Part shown: positions 8,685 through 16,584 of the stretch, piece by piece | Numbering within the stretch: the first letter of the stretch is position 1 | How the letters are laid out: every line of letters begins with the position of its first letter | Virus record (IMG/VR): IMGVR_UViG_3300020044_003577 | Location: 1 to 60,120 of that record | Origin: a virus | DNA length: 60,120 nucleotides | Strand: one strand, 5' to 3' | Made by a program: the position numbers and the translations under genes | The notes under the pieces: generated by a model | Database searches by the model: none | Told to the model about the DNA's origin: nothing | What the model saw: only the letters and a program-made list of their open reading frames with translations

Positions 8685-8975
8685 ATGTCAGTAGCATCAG
8701 TCAAACCAGCCTTTGCAATCAAGGGCGATACAACAACAACAGCCTACACATCTACACCATCTATCCTGATGGCAGTCTTTGTAGATAAAGAGAACAAATA
8801 CTGGTATGCAGTAGATGACCAACAAACTATCCGTAAGATGTCCATCACAAGAGATGTTGAACATGCTCGTAGAGAGTATAAGATTGCTCGTAACCTTGTA
8901 GGCAAGAAAGTATACTTCGGTGTCACACAAGGATGGGATGGTAATGTATGGTTTAATGAAGTAATCGAAGCATAA
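8685..8975 (+). CDS. hypothetical early protein (96 aa)
   Basis: AAGGAG RBS, clean ORF. Confidence 0.75.
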   Translation: MSVASVKPAFAIKGDTTTTAYTSTPSILMAVFVDKENKYWYAVDDQQTIRKMSITRDVEHARREYKIARNLVGKKVYFGVTQGWDGNVWFNEVIEA

Positions 8976-8984
8976 CTAGCAATG

Positions 8985-9031
8985 CTCTTCTCGGGTAGAT
9001 AACTGAGAGACCTCTTGGGGTAAGTACCAAG
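8985..9031 (+). promoter_or_regulatory. early intergenic hairpin module 3
   Basis: CTCTTCTC-GGGTAGATAACT-GAGAGACC (stem 8988-8992 with 9005-9009), then CTTGG-GGTAAGTA-CCAAG (9014-9031). The loop is identical to module 2 but the stems differ and remain complementary. Confidence 0.4.
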
Positions 9032-9064
9032 GCCACATAACACACTCACCACAAGGGGATAAAC

Positions 9065-9313
9065 ATGCGATACATATTGTTAACACCAGTAACACCAGAT
9101 GACTTCTGCCTAGACACCTTTGAAGAAGTCCAAGAGTCAGCACAAGAGTTTGGTTGTGATATCTTGTTATCAACAAAGATAACAGGAGGAACAGTAGCAT
9201 TCTTCGTAGCTAAAACAAAGGAAGCACTTGAAGGAATGTGCTCTCAGGTAGACTTAGATGGTACCGTATTAGGGTACTCAGAGACCTATGACCAACTAGT
9301 GAGGGTATTATGA
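9065..9313 (+). CDS. hypothetical early protein (82 aa)
   Basis: AAGGGG RBS, clean ORF. Confidence 0.7.
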   Translation: MRYILLTPVTPDDFCLDTFEEVQESAQEFGCDILLSTKITGGTVAFFVAKTKEALEGMCSQVDLDGTVLGYSETYDQLVRVL

Positions 9314-9501
9314 TATACGATACCTATATGACGTTACCATTAGAACAGTTCCTAGAAGAACTTAAACAAGAAAGGGATAGGAGGGTATACCAGAGGACAA
9401 AATCTTTGCAAGAAGCACTACAGGGATATACCCAGACATATACCCAACAGACAACTGAGGGAAGTCATGCAGAGAACGTAGCGAGAGGAGGTTTTTTGTA
9501 G
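9310..9501 (+). CDS. hypothetical early protein (63 aa)
   Basis: ATGA start/stop overlap with the previous gene. Confidence 0.6.
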   Translation: MIYDTYMTLPLEQFLEELKQERDRRVYQRTKSLQEALQGYTQTYTQQTTEGSHAENVARGGFL

Positions 9502-9566
9502 AAAGTATTTTGTGTGTGCTGAAAGTGTAACAAAGTGAATCAAAATGAACATAAAGGAAAGTTCAA

Positions 9567-9878
9567 ATGAGCAAACAACAACTCATAAAAAGTCTCCTAA
9601 AAATAGCAAAAGAATACTTCAACGAACGTAACAAAGCGACTGATGCCTATCATTTTGGTATATGCTATCTATTAAATTATGACGAAGCTCATTCTTTCTC
9701 AGAAAAACTAGACAAACTAAACTTAAACACGGAATCCTCAGGAATAGTCTCAGGGTATCTCAAGAAAACCTACAGATACGCTTTCACAAAAGAGACCGCA
9801 AGAGAATACTTCAAAGACCGTGCCTATTTCTGCCTCGTATTTGCTGAATATCTAAAACAAAAGAAAGGAAAACTCTAA
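9567..9878 (+). CDS. hypothetical early protein (103 aa)
   Basis: AAGGAAAG RBS. The 9-mer GTGTAACAA (9525-9533), shared with the loop region of hairpin 1, lies 34 nt upstream. Confidence 0.7.
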   Translation: MSKQQLIKSLLKIAKEYFNERNKATDAYHFGICYLLNYDEAHSFSEKLDKLNLNTESSGIVSGYLKKTYRYAFTKETAREYFKDRAYFCLVFAEYLKQKKGKL

Positions 9879-10207
9879 TGAAACAACACATCCATCATGA
9901 CGCCATCATAGCATGGGCTAAAGGACAAGAGATAGAATTCTTATCTGACAATGGTAAATGGTTAAAAGCTGACACACCAATGTGGTGGGAGGATATGCAG
10001 TACAGAATCAAACCCACACCAGTCATCCAAGACTTAACCTTCAACCTCTACATTAACAGTGTAGAACAACTAGCCTTAAGATTCGAAGAGAAAGGAGTAG
10101 GTAGAGTACATCCATCCTATAAAGCCATAGGGAAAATAAATGTAACAATGCAAGACAAAGAAATCGTTAACTATTCAGTAGACATCAACAAAGGAACAAC
10201 AATATGA
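9878..10207 (+). CDS. hypothetical protein (109 aa)
   Basis: TAATG coupling. The AWAKGQEIEF..W..P.WW....YRIKP pattern is common in phage ORFans, as I recall. Confidence 0.7.
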   Translation: MKQHIHHDAIIAWAKGQEIEFLSDNGKWLKADTPMWWEDMQYRIKPTPVIQDLTFNLYINSVEQLALRFEEKGVGRVHPSYKAIGKINVTMQDKEIVNYSVDINKGTTI

Positions 10208-10638
10208 ATCCCGAAATCAAACAACTGTGGTTAGAAGCCTTACGTTCAGGTAAATATGAGCAAGGTAAATCTCTACTCAGGCCAGATGATAACAGTTACT
10301 GTTGTCTAGGTGTGCTATGCCAGATAGCAGAAGAAAGAGGTATATGTAAATATGTTCCTTCAGACACGCATAAAGGATTCACAGTAGGATATCCAGATGT
10401 ATTTCAAGATGGTTATGATGACGGAAATCTATACGAAGACTCAGAACTACCTTGGGTAGTAAAGCAATGGGCAGGAGTAGAAAGCGAAAATCCTAAAATA
10501 ACACTAAATGAAAAGAACATTAAAGAATATTTCAAAGGTACAATGCAAGATAATACAAAAGTGTCCTTAGCTGAGTTAAACGACAACTTCGGATATACAT
10601 TCGCAGAACTAGCAGACATCATCGAGGAGCAATTATGA
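10204..10638 (+). CDS. hypothetical protein (144 aa) with W..ALRSGKY..CCLGVLC motif
   Basis: ATGA coupling, clean ORF. The motif is recalled from phage and bacterial hypothetical proteins. Confidence 0.7.
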   Translation: MNPEIKQLWLEALRSGKYEQGKSLLRPDDNSYCCLGVLCQIAEERGICKYVPSDTHKGFTVGYPDVFQDGYDDGNLYEDSELPWVVKQWAGVESENPKITLNEKNIKEYFKGTMQDNTKVSLAELNDNFGYTFAELADIIEEQL

Positions 10639-10874
10639 TTAAGAGAGATAAAAACATGGGTGTATTGTTGACCAAAAACATCACCTATTCACTACACATC
10701 AATCAAGAACAATTAGACCTTCTTACTGAACTTGTAGGGTTTGTAGGTGGTGTAGGTCGTACAAGAGACCTCATTAATGAACTATACGAAGAACTGTCAC
10801 AATACAGCACAAGAGATAATGAAATGTTTGAAACAACATTCTTCAAAGAAGATAGTCTTGTGGTAGTAAAATAA
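10635..10874 (+). CDS. hypothetical protein (79 aa)
   Basis: GAGGAG RBS and ATGA overlap. Confidence 0.7.
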   Translation: MIKRDKNMGVLLTKNITYSLHINQEQLDLLTELVGFVGGVGRTRDLINELYEELSQYSTRDNEMFETTFFKEDSLVVVK

Positions 10875-11086
10875 TGTTAGAAGCATTACTCATCATCCTC
10901 TCAGTAGTCCTTGTAGCATACATTCTGATATTCGTGTCAGACTATATGCTTAATGACTCCGATCAAGAACGTCTCAATCGAGAATATGCAGAGAAAGCTA
11001 AACAACATAATGAGCTTATGGTAAGGAAGGAGTCAGTTCCTTCCTCCTTTAAAAAGGAGAGTCGTAATGGCCCATTCAGCGGCTGA
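10874..11086 (+). CDS. small membrane protein (70 aa)
   Basis: TAATG coupling; N-terminal TM segment LEALLIILSVVLVAYILIFV. Confidence 0.65.
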   Translation: MLEALLIILSVVLVAYILIFVSDYMLNDSDQERLNREYAEKAKQHNELMVRKESVPSSFKKESRNGPFSG

Positions 11087-11249
11087 GATATACTTTGATC
11101 TGATCAAACGTATTAAAGCCAAAGTCAAAGCAGACATATCAATCGTATATGATCCTGAAACTGGTATCCAAAAACATTTTCTTAAAGGTAAATTATTGAA
11201 AGTAAACAAGGTATCCAATGGAACAAAACCTAACAGCAATAATCTATGA
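11067..11249 (+). CDS. hypothetical protein (60 aa)
   Basis: AAGGAGAG RBS 5 nt upstream of the ATG. Confidence 0.55.
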   Translation: MAHSAAEIYFDLIKRIKAKVKADISIVYDPETGIQKHFLKGKLLKVNKVSNGTKPNSNNL

Positions 11250-11526
11250 CAAGAAAGGAAAAATCTTAAGTATAGGTAAAAACAGTTATACCAAGACACA
11301 TCCTTTTCAGGCTTTACATGCTAAAAAGCAGAATATGCCTGAGAGAATCTTTTTACATGCTGAAGTTTCAGCTATTGTGAAATGTTCTGATATAACAAAA
11401 GCACATAAAATGCTCGTTATCAGGACAAACAAAGAAGGTAGACACTTATATGCAAAACCTTGTAATATATGTATGTCTGCTATCGAGTCAGTAAACATTA
11501 AACAAATTGAATGGAGTATAGGCTAG
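11218..11526 (+). CDS. small cytidine/deoxycytidylate-deaminase-fold protein (102 aa)
   Basis: Zinc-deaminase signature HAEVSAI ... PCNICMSAI (HAE..PCxxC) in a roughly 100-aa protein. Confidence 0.6.
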   Translation: MEQNLTAIIYDKKGKILSIGKNSYTKTHPFQALHAKKQNMPERIFLHAEVSAIVKCSDITKAHKMLVIRTNKEGRHLYAKPCNICMSAIESVNIKQIEWSIG

Positions 11527-11717
11527 TAATAGTCTATAATTTTAAAATGTTCTTAGCTATTCTACGTGATGACTTCTCTTTAGTAGGTATCGGTGAATCC
11601 ATTGAAGAAGCCTTTGATGCTCTCCATGACCAAGAGTCAGGTGCAGAAATTGAAGACTGTGACTTCTTTGACCTAGTCAACCCAATGCGATTCACCTACG
11701 TACTCACTCAGAAGTAA
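11511..11717 (+). CDS. hypothetical acidic protein (68 aa; start may be 11547)
   Basis: Last ORF of the early block. The start is uncertain (ATG at 11511 or 11547). Confidence 0.5.
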   Translation: MEYRLVIVYNFKMFLAILRDDFSLVGIGESIEEAFDALHDQESGAEIEDCDFFDLVNPMRFTYVLTQK

Positions 11718-11718
11718 A

Positions 11719-11744
11719 CTCTAGTTGTCCCCTAATAGGGAATT
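11719..11744 (+). promoter_or_regulatory. phage-RNAP promoter motif copy P2
   Basis: CTCTAGTTGTCCCCTAATAGGGAATT, core at 11727-11738. It fires into the AT-rich tract and then antisense through 11845..12225 toward the SSB gene. Confidence 0.55.
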
Positions 11745-11806
11745 CTGAAAAAAATAATATTTATTAATATATTATTAATAAAAGAACTTAATTAAGATAA
11801 ATAAAA
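11739..11806. other. extremely AT-rich tract (candidate replication origin)
   Basis: I count 5 G/C in the 66 nt from 11741 to 11806. It lies immediately downstream of promoter copy P2, an arrangement like the T7 primary origin (phage promoter plus AT-rich segment). Confidence 0.35.
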
Positions 11807-11838
11807 AAGAGAATAATAACAAATGTTACTATTCTCTT
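11801..11838 (-). terminator. intrinsic terminator of the 11845..12225 gene
   Basis: Perfect 9-bp stem AAGAGAATA/TATTCTCTT (11807-11815 with 11830-11838), followed on the minus strand by a T-run. Confidence 0.6.
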
Positions 11839-11844
11839 AATTAC

Positions 11845-12225
11845 TTACTCTGAAAGACCTTCTTCTGAGATTATCTTCTTAAGTTCCTCATCAGTCAGAT
11901 CCACTGTCTTGTTAGTATTAGTCTGTTCAATCCGAGCTAGCTTAGGATTCTCATACTCTGCTATCATATTAGCGTATCTAGCTGCATCTTCATAGTTATC
12001 TTCCTGAAGTGCTTTAAACATAGCCATTCTAAGCACATCAAGTGAAGATACCTGAGGAAGATCATCTAAAGCTCTCTGAAAGGCTTTAGCCGTTATCTTG
12101 AATTCCTCTGCTAACTTGACGTTAAGTGACCTAGATGCTGCACTCTTAAGCTGATTAGCTCGTGCAGTCTCCGAGGTAATAACCTTAAGATTAGCTAAGG
12201 AATTTGGGTGTATTCCTTTTGACAT
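11845..12225 (-). CDS. orphan minus-strand gene in the plus arm (126 aa); helical, possibly DNA-binding, weak small-terminase candidate
   Basis: It has its own promoter copy (P3) and terminator. The N-terminus GIHPNSLANLK..ETARANQLKSAASRS resembles N-termini of some small terminase or DNA-binding proteins, from weak memory-based similarity. No other TerS candidate was seen. Confidence 0.6.
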   Translation of the reverse strand: MSKGIHPNSLANLKVITSETARANQLKSAASRSLNVKLAEEFKITAKAFQRALDDLPQVSSLDVLRMAMFKALQEDNYEDAARYANMIAEYENPKLARIEQTNTNKTVDLTDEELKKIISEEGLSE

Positions 12226-12244
12226 ATTTTTATCCTTCGTTGTA

Positions 12245-12269
12245 GTATCCCTATTAGGGGACTACTCAA
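12245..12269 (-). promoter_or_regulatory. phage-RNAP promoter motif copy P3
   Basis: The minus strand reads TTGAGTAGTCCCCTAATAGGGATAC, with core at 12251-12262. It is 26 nt upstream of the ATG at 12225. Confidence 0.6.
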
Positions 12270-12318
12270 TCAGTTAGTCATAACTGACTAATAACCTTTT
12301 AAATCCATAGGAACAATC

Positions 12319-12828
12319 ATGACAGTAGCAACAAATGACACAGTTAACGTAATCATCAAAGATGTAGAATTACATTGGGCTAAATTAGATAAGCCTGTTG
12401 ATCCATTCGGTACATTACAGTATGAATTACAGATTCAGGCTCCCAAGAAACGTGAAAAAGAGTTAGCTGTTTTCGGTAAAGTTAAAGCCATTGATGGTGG
12501 TAAAATCTCTATCAATCTTAAGAAGAAAGCTCTTAAGGCTGATGGTAGTGATGCTGCTAAAGTACGTGTAGTAGATGCCACTAAAGAAGCCCTTGATCCA
12601 AAGCTTATCGGTAATGGTTCTATCGGTAATGTTATGGTTATGCAGAAACCTTATGAGATCAAAGCTCCTAACGGTAAAGTAACCAAGTCAGGTATCTCCA
12701 ATATGCTCACAGCTGTACAAGTTACTAAGCTTGTTAAATATGAACGTAAAAGTGAAAACTTTGTAGACTTCGATGCTGAAGAGTCTACTGGTGTTACAGC
12801 CGCTTCAGGTGATGATTCACCATTCTAA
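12319..12828 (+). CDS. single-stranded DNA-binding protein, T7 gp2.5-like
   Basis: 169 aa. The acidic C-terminal tail ends in an aromatic residue (..EESTGVTAASGDDSPF), as in gp2.5-type SSBs. It heads the replication block and is followed by a strong terminator. Confidence 0.6.
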   Translation: MTVATNDTVNVIIKDVELHWAKLDKPVDPFGTLQYELQIQAPKKREKELAVFGKVKAIDGGKISINLKKKALKADGSDAAKVRVVDATKEALDPKLIGNGSIGNVMVMQKPYEIKAPNGKVTKSGISNMLTAVQVTKLVKYERKSENFVDFDAEESTGVTAASGDDSPF

Positions 12829-12838
12829 ATATAATTAA

Positions 12839-12871
12839 CCCTTCAAGGAATCCTCTTTGAAGGGTTTTTTA
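12839..12871 (+). terminator. intrinsic terminator after the SSB gene
   Basis: CCCTTCAA..TTGAAGGG 8-bp stem followed by TTTTTT. Confidence 0.75.
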
Positions 12872-12908
12872 TTAACTAGTTATAGCTAACTAATATCAAA
12901 GGTAGTAT

Positions 12909-13127
12909 ATGTACAAATTTAGTTTTAAAAATAAAGACACAAAACACTTAGATTATCCTAACGGAGACCTAATGACAGAACAATCATGTGCATTAATCAC
13001 ATACAAAATTAATGAAAATCACCATGATGTAGTAATAAATGTAGAACATATGCACTTCAGAAAAGAAGATCTAGACGAATTTATTGCTTTCTTAACTGCT
13101 TTAAACAACAAACTCAAAGGACTCTAA
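12909..13127 (+). CDS. hypothetical protein (72 aa)
   Basis: Clean ORF with a weak RBS. Confidence 0.6.
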   Translation: MYKFSFKNKDTKHLDYPNGDLMTEQSCALITYKINENHHDVVINVEHMHFRKEDLDEFIAFLTALNNKLKGL

Positions 13128-13128
13128 A

Positions 13129-13521
13129 ATGGCTAAGCTTAACAAAGATCAAATCAAATATGCTGTTCAACGTGCTAATGCTAAACTAAATGAAAAAGAA
13201 GAATTACAAAAAGAATCTATTCCTGTTGTAACAGACCCACGATACAATGCTCAAGAAGTATACAATGCTATCTACTCAAGCAGATATGAACGTATGCCCT
13301 TTGAAAGATTCCAAAAAGAATTCGATACAGGATACTACTTTGCTAATGGTGTTCGTGATTTAGCATCCTATGATAAAGAATTCACAGCAGAATATGATCG
13401 TTACACTATGCTACTAAAGAAAATCTCTGAAGACATCAATGTACAACGTATTGCTATCCAAGATAAGCTATACCTCTCAGATGATGCTGCTGAAGTATTA
13501 GCTTTAATTGATGCCCTCTAA
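13129..13521 (+). CDS. hypothetical protein (130 aa)
   Basis: Clean ORF starting 1 nt after the previous stop. Confidence 0.7.
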   Translation: MAKLNKDQIKYAVQRANAKLNEKEELQKESIPVVTDPRYNAQEVYNAIYSSRYERMPFERFQKEFDTGYYFANGVRDLASYDKEFTAEYDRYTMLLKKISEDINVQRIAIQDKLYLSDDAAEVLALIDAL

Positions 13522-13717
13522 AGCACGTAGTCTTTTTGTAGCATTCGTATGTATGTGCTTAGGACTCCACATCCTGATACCATCCACTGTAGAACAAAAA
13601 ACAACTAGCCAACTAATGATAAAAGCTAAAACAAGTTCTAAAGAAAAAGTATGTTACAAAAGAAAACTAAAACCTTCTCTCAGAAAACAATGTGAAAGAT
13701 GGGGTATTTATATATGA
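13508..13717 (+). CDS. possible small secreted/membrane protein (69 aa)
   Basis: Non-ATG start in the track; N-terminal hydrophobic segment LFVAFVCMCLGLHILI followed by a basic tail. It overlaps both neighbours. Confidence 0.35.
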   Translation: MMPSKARSLFVAFVCMCLGLHILIPSTVEQKTTSQLMIKAKTSSKEKVCYKRKLKPSLRKQCERWGIYI

Positions 13718-14271
13718 CACAAGAAGCATTGAAGCTAGCGCTTGAGGCGTTGTCCACAATTGCACACAACACAACTGATGACCCAAGAGGTCAAGCATAC
13801 AAAGCAATCACCGCCATAAAAGAAGCCTTGGCACAGACGCAAGAGCCTGTTGGTCAGTTGTTGGAAGAAGCATACGGGCGTGGTCAGGTAATGTGGTTTA
13901 ACAAACCAAAAGACCAATCAATGCTCTACACCGCCCCACCACAGCGTACAGAGCAGGACACAATTCAACGACTAATCGCACTGGTACGCACACATCAAAT
14001 CACTATTGACAAACTAGAGGCACAGCCAGAGCAAGAGCCTGTGGCGTGGATAGATGAATTTGGCAACGTGTTCCCGCTTGGCGCACAACGAGGCCCAAAG
14101 CATCTAAACGAGCCAATGAAACCTCTTTACACCACCCCACCACAGCGCACATGGGTAGGGCTGACCGACAGAGAAAAGTCTAATCTCTGGCTTGAAAGTC
14201 GTGCGGCTATTCCAAGGTTTCACACATACGCCGCTCTGGTTGAAGCCAAACTCAAGGAGAAGAACACATGA
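13699..14271 (+). CDS. hypothetical protein (190 aa; alternative start 13714) with duplicated YT(A/T)PPQRT motif
   Basis: Visibly higher GC than its surroundings. The internal repeat YTAPPQRTEQ / YTTPPQRTWVGLTDRE is recalled from enterobacterial-type phage proteins. Confidence 0.7.
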   Translation: MGYLYMTQEALKLALEALSTIAHNTTDDPRGQAYKAITAIKEALAQTQEPVGQLLEEAYGRGQVMWFNKPKDQSMLYTAPPQRTEQDTIQRLIALVRTHQITIDKLEAQPEQEPVAWIDEFGNVFPLGAQRGPKHLNEPMKPLYTTPPQRTWVGLTDREKSNLWLESRAAIPRFHTYAALVEAKLKEKNT

Positions 14272-14459
14272 CAATATACATAATAGTTTTATACATTTGC
14301 ATAGAAGCTAAGTGTCAATTCTTTCAAGCAGAAGGGTACATAACAGATGAAAAAGAATGCAAAAGAGAAGTTGCAACACAAATAGAAAAAGGAAAACGTG
14401 ATGGTATTAAAGTAGATGGTACATGTATTGACTTAGAAGTTCAAGGAAAAAGAGTATGA
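14268..14459 (+). CDS. hypothetical protein (63 aa)
   Basis: ATGA coupling, AT-rich. Confidence 0.55.
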   Translation: MTIYIIVLYICIEAKCQFFQAEGYITDEKECKREVATQIEKGKRDGIKVDGTCIDLEVQGKRV

Positions 14460-14593
14460 ACGAAGTCCAACAATTCTACGAGGCTATCCGTAAAAAGTGG
14501 CCTACTCCAACTAAACCTTGGGAAGAACTCCATCCACAAGAGCAAATAATGATTATCCAAGCTATAAACATAATCTTACAGGTGTTACAATGA
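14456..14593 (+). CDS. possible 45-aa protein
   Basis: ATGA coupling at both ends. Hand translation: MNEVQQFYEAIRKKWPTPTKPWEELHPQEQIMIIQAINIILQVLQ. Confidence 0.45.
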   Translation: MNEVQQFYEAIRKKWPTPTKPWEELHPQEQIMIIQAINIILQVLQ

Positions 14594-14799
14594 ACAACCC
14601 ACCAGCCTTTCCAAACGAAGGATTCAATGGGTGGGGTGAGCCATTCCAAGGCATGACATTGCGGGACTACTTTGCGGCAAAGGCTATGCAAGGTGCGCTT
14701 TCTGGTTGCGCCTCCAGAGGTGAAGTTGTCATGTATTCAGAAATGGCTAGTCTTGCATATGAAATGGCAGACGCAATGCTGAAAGCGAGGGAAGCATGA
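14590..14799 (+). CDS. hypothetical protein (69 aa), GMTLRDYFAAKAMQG family
   Basis: Internal ATG of track ORF 14518..14799, chosen because of the ATGA coupling. High GC. The motif is recalled from many proteobacterial phages. Confidence 0.6.
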   Translation: MNNPPAFPNEGFNGWGEPFQGMTLRDYFAAKAMQGALSGCASRGEVVMYSEMASLAYEMADAMLKAREA

Positions 14800-15080
14800 A
14801 CGATATCTACGAAGGTGAATTCAATACAGACGTACTATGGGACTTCGACTATACAGACTATGAAGATACCGAAACAATAGTTCTCTATTCTGTTGAACCC
14901 GCAGAACCTTGGGTAGGTCTCATGCATGACGGTTATGAATACCAAGTATTATTGTACCGTAATGACATACTACTAAAAGATATTACTGATGAACTATCTA
15001 ATCTAGATCATGCAGCAATATATCATGCCTGTGTAACCAACTTTGAGGAGATTAAAAATAGTCAATACGAACCCTTCTAA
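14796..15080 (+). CDS. hypothetical acidic protein (94 aa)
   Basis: ATGA coupling, clean ORF. Confidence 0.65.
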   Translation: MNDIYEGEFNTDVLWDFDYTDYEDTETIVLYSVEPAEPWVGLMHDGYEYQVLLYRNDILLKDITDELSNLDHAAIYHACVTNFEEIKNSQYEPF

Positions 15081-15270
15081 TAACTTTCTTTCATCAAAGT
15101 ATTTTGTATATACCCAAGAAAGATTTGACCGTACATACTACGGAGTAGCTGGTCGTGATATCAGCTTAATGAATGCAATTCAATTTTTAACACTTAATGA
15201 GGCACAAAACCATGCAGACAATCTCAATTCCCGTATCACAAATCAAAAAGAAGCGTCCAATGAATCCTGA
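15043..15270 (+). CDS. possible protein (75 aa, TTG start)
   Basis: It fills the gap between neighbours and its C-terminal part is protein-like. The start is uncertain. Confidence 0.4.
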   Translation: MRRLKIVNTNPSNNFLSSKYFVYTQERFDRTYYGVAGRDISLMNAIQFLTLNEAQNHADNLNSRITNQKEASNES

Positions 15271-15520
15271 AGTACAAGCTAAAGGAGTTATTGCTCTTGA
15301 AAAATGGCGTAAAGAAAAAGCCAAAGCACATGCTAAAGGCGGTAAAACACTAGCTAACTGGATTGCTAAAGAAGAAGCTAAAAAAGCATCTCGTACAATC
15401 TCTCCATTAACCGCTATTCGTAACTTCTGTGTTGACTGTGTAGGAGGTAGTACTCAAGAAGTATCTAACTGTTCTAACAAAAAATGTAACTTATACATTC
15501 ATCGTCCTTATCAATTATGA
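15197..15520 (+). CDS. Cys-rich zinc-finger-like protein (start uncertain: 15197, 15212 or 15260)
   Basis: Basic N-terminal part, then the C-terminal motif FCVDCVGGSTQEVSNCSNKKCNLYIHRP (4 Cys). Confidence 0.6.
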   Translation: MRHKTMQTISIPVSQIKKKRPMNPEVQAKGVIALEKWRKEKAKAHAKGGKTLANWIAKEEAKKASRTISPLTAIRNFCVDCVGGSTQEVSNCSNKKCNLYIHRPYQL

Positions 15521-15705
15521 AACTGTATGAGGTAAAACGTAATACACTCTTCACTCTTGTTGATGATGATCGTATTTACAACCTACATAACATTGATGGT
15601 ATGTATTCATATGTCACAGACGCTATGAATAACGTATATCATTTTGCAGCATGGACTGAAGTGGAACCATATGAAAGCAATATTCGCATACAAACTGTTT
15701 CGTAA
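15517..15705 (+). CDS. hypothetical protein (62 aa)
   Basis: ATGA coupling. Confidence 0.55.
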   Translation: MKLYEVKRNTLFTLVDDDRIYNLHNIDGMYSYVTDAMNNVYHFAAWTEVEPYESNIRIQTVS

Positions 15706-15991
15706 ACGTAAAAACGGTACTTATGGTCCATTATTTATTAATCGACCACAAATACTCTTTGTAGGTATAACCTATGATGCTGAAGATCATCCTACCAAAG
15801 GATATGCTCATAGACCAGGTTGGCACTGTTGTTCTTTACCTATAGCGCCACACCTATCTAAAAAAGGTCGTGTATGGTGTGAAGTTAAAATTGAAGGATA
15901 TACAGAACACATAAGACCTTACAGTCAAGGTGGTCTCTGGTTCACAGCAAATAAATTAACTATCCTAAAGGAAATTAATGTTGAGGCATAA
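15671..15991 (+). CDS. conserved hypothetical protein (106 aa)
   Basis: ATG at 15671 within track ORF 15644..15991. The pattern KAIFAYKLFRKRKNGTYGPLFI..GYAHRPGWH..RVWCEV..RP.SQGGLWF is recalled from many phages. Confidence 0.6.
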   Translation: MKAIFAYKLFRKRKNGTYGPLFINRPQILFVGITYDAEDHPTKGYAHRPGWHCCSLPIAPHLSKKGRVWCEVKIEGYTEHIRPYSQGGLWFTANKLTILKEINVEA

Positions 15992-16412
15992 AGAACATAC
16001 CTATCTTGCTGGCCCTATTGAAGGATTAACCAAAGAACAAGCAATGAAATGGAGAACAGAAGCTTCTTTTGAACTAGCTAACTTTGGTGTTGATACGTTA
16101 GACCCAACTCGTAGAACATCTTTCGTTGACAGTAACCATCTGACAAGCAAAAATGCTGCAAGACGAGTATGGAAAGCAGACCTTCAAGATATCGCCTATA
16201 GTACAGTTGTATTAGCTAACTTATCAGACAGTCTACCAGGAAAGAAATGGGGTACTGTATGTGAAATAGCTCATGCACATACTAAAAATAAAATCATTAT
16301 TGTTGTTATGGATAAAGATCAATTCGAACATCCATTCATAACACAATATGCTACTGAAGTACATCATACGTTAGAAGATGCTATTGAAGCTGTAAAGGAG
16401 TATTACCTGTGA
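15978..16412 (+). CDS. nucleoside 2-deoxyribosyltransferase-like protein
   Basis: N-terminal YLAGPIEG..W R and later GTVCEIAHAH..KIIIVV resemble the NDT/DUF4406-type Rossmann-like fold. TTG start. Confidence 0.45.
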   Translation: MLRHKEHTYLAGPIEGLTKEQAMKWRTEASFELANFGVDTLDPTRRTSFVDSNHLTSKNAARRVWKADLQDIAYSTVVLANLSDSLPGKKWGTVCEIAHAHTKNKIIIVVMDKDQFEHPFITQYATEVHHTLEDAIEAVKEYYL

Positions 16413-16582
16413 TTCCTTATAACTACAGAAAATTACTAGCTTTTATGCTAAGCTTAATGTTCGTATTTGCAACAATAGAATTCTGGTTAACTGTGCTAAA
16501 AGTTATCATAATAGGAAGTAGCTTAGGAATCATATATGCAATCCTAACCTATGAATCACCAATCAACATCAACAGGAGATAA
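16409..16582 (+). CDS. possible small membrane protein (57 aa, GTG start)
   Basis: GTGA overlap with the previous stop. Two hydrophobic segments (LLAFMLSLMFVFATIEFWLTVL, IIIGSSLGIIYAIL). It fills a 170-nt gap. Confidence 0.45.
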   Translation: MIPYNYRKLLAFMLSLMFVFATIEFWLTVLKVIIIGSSLGIIYAILTYESPININRR

Positions 16583-16584
16583 CA

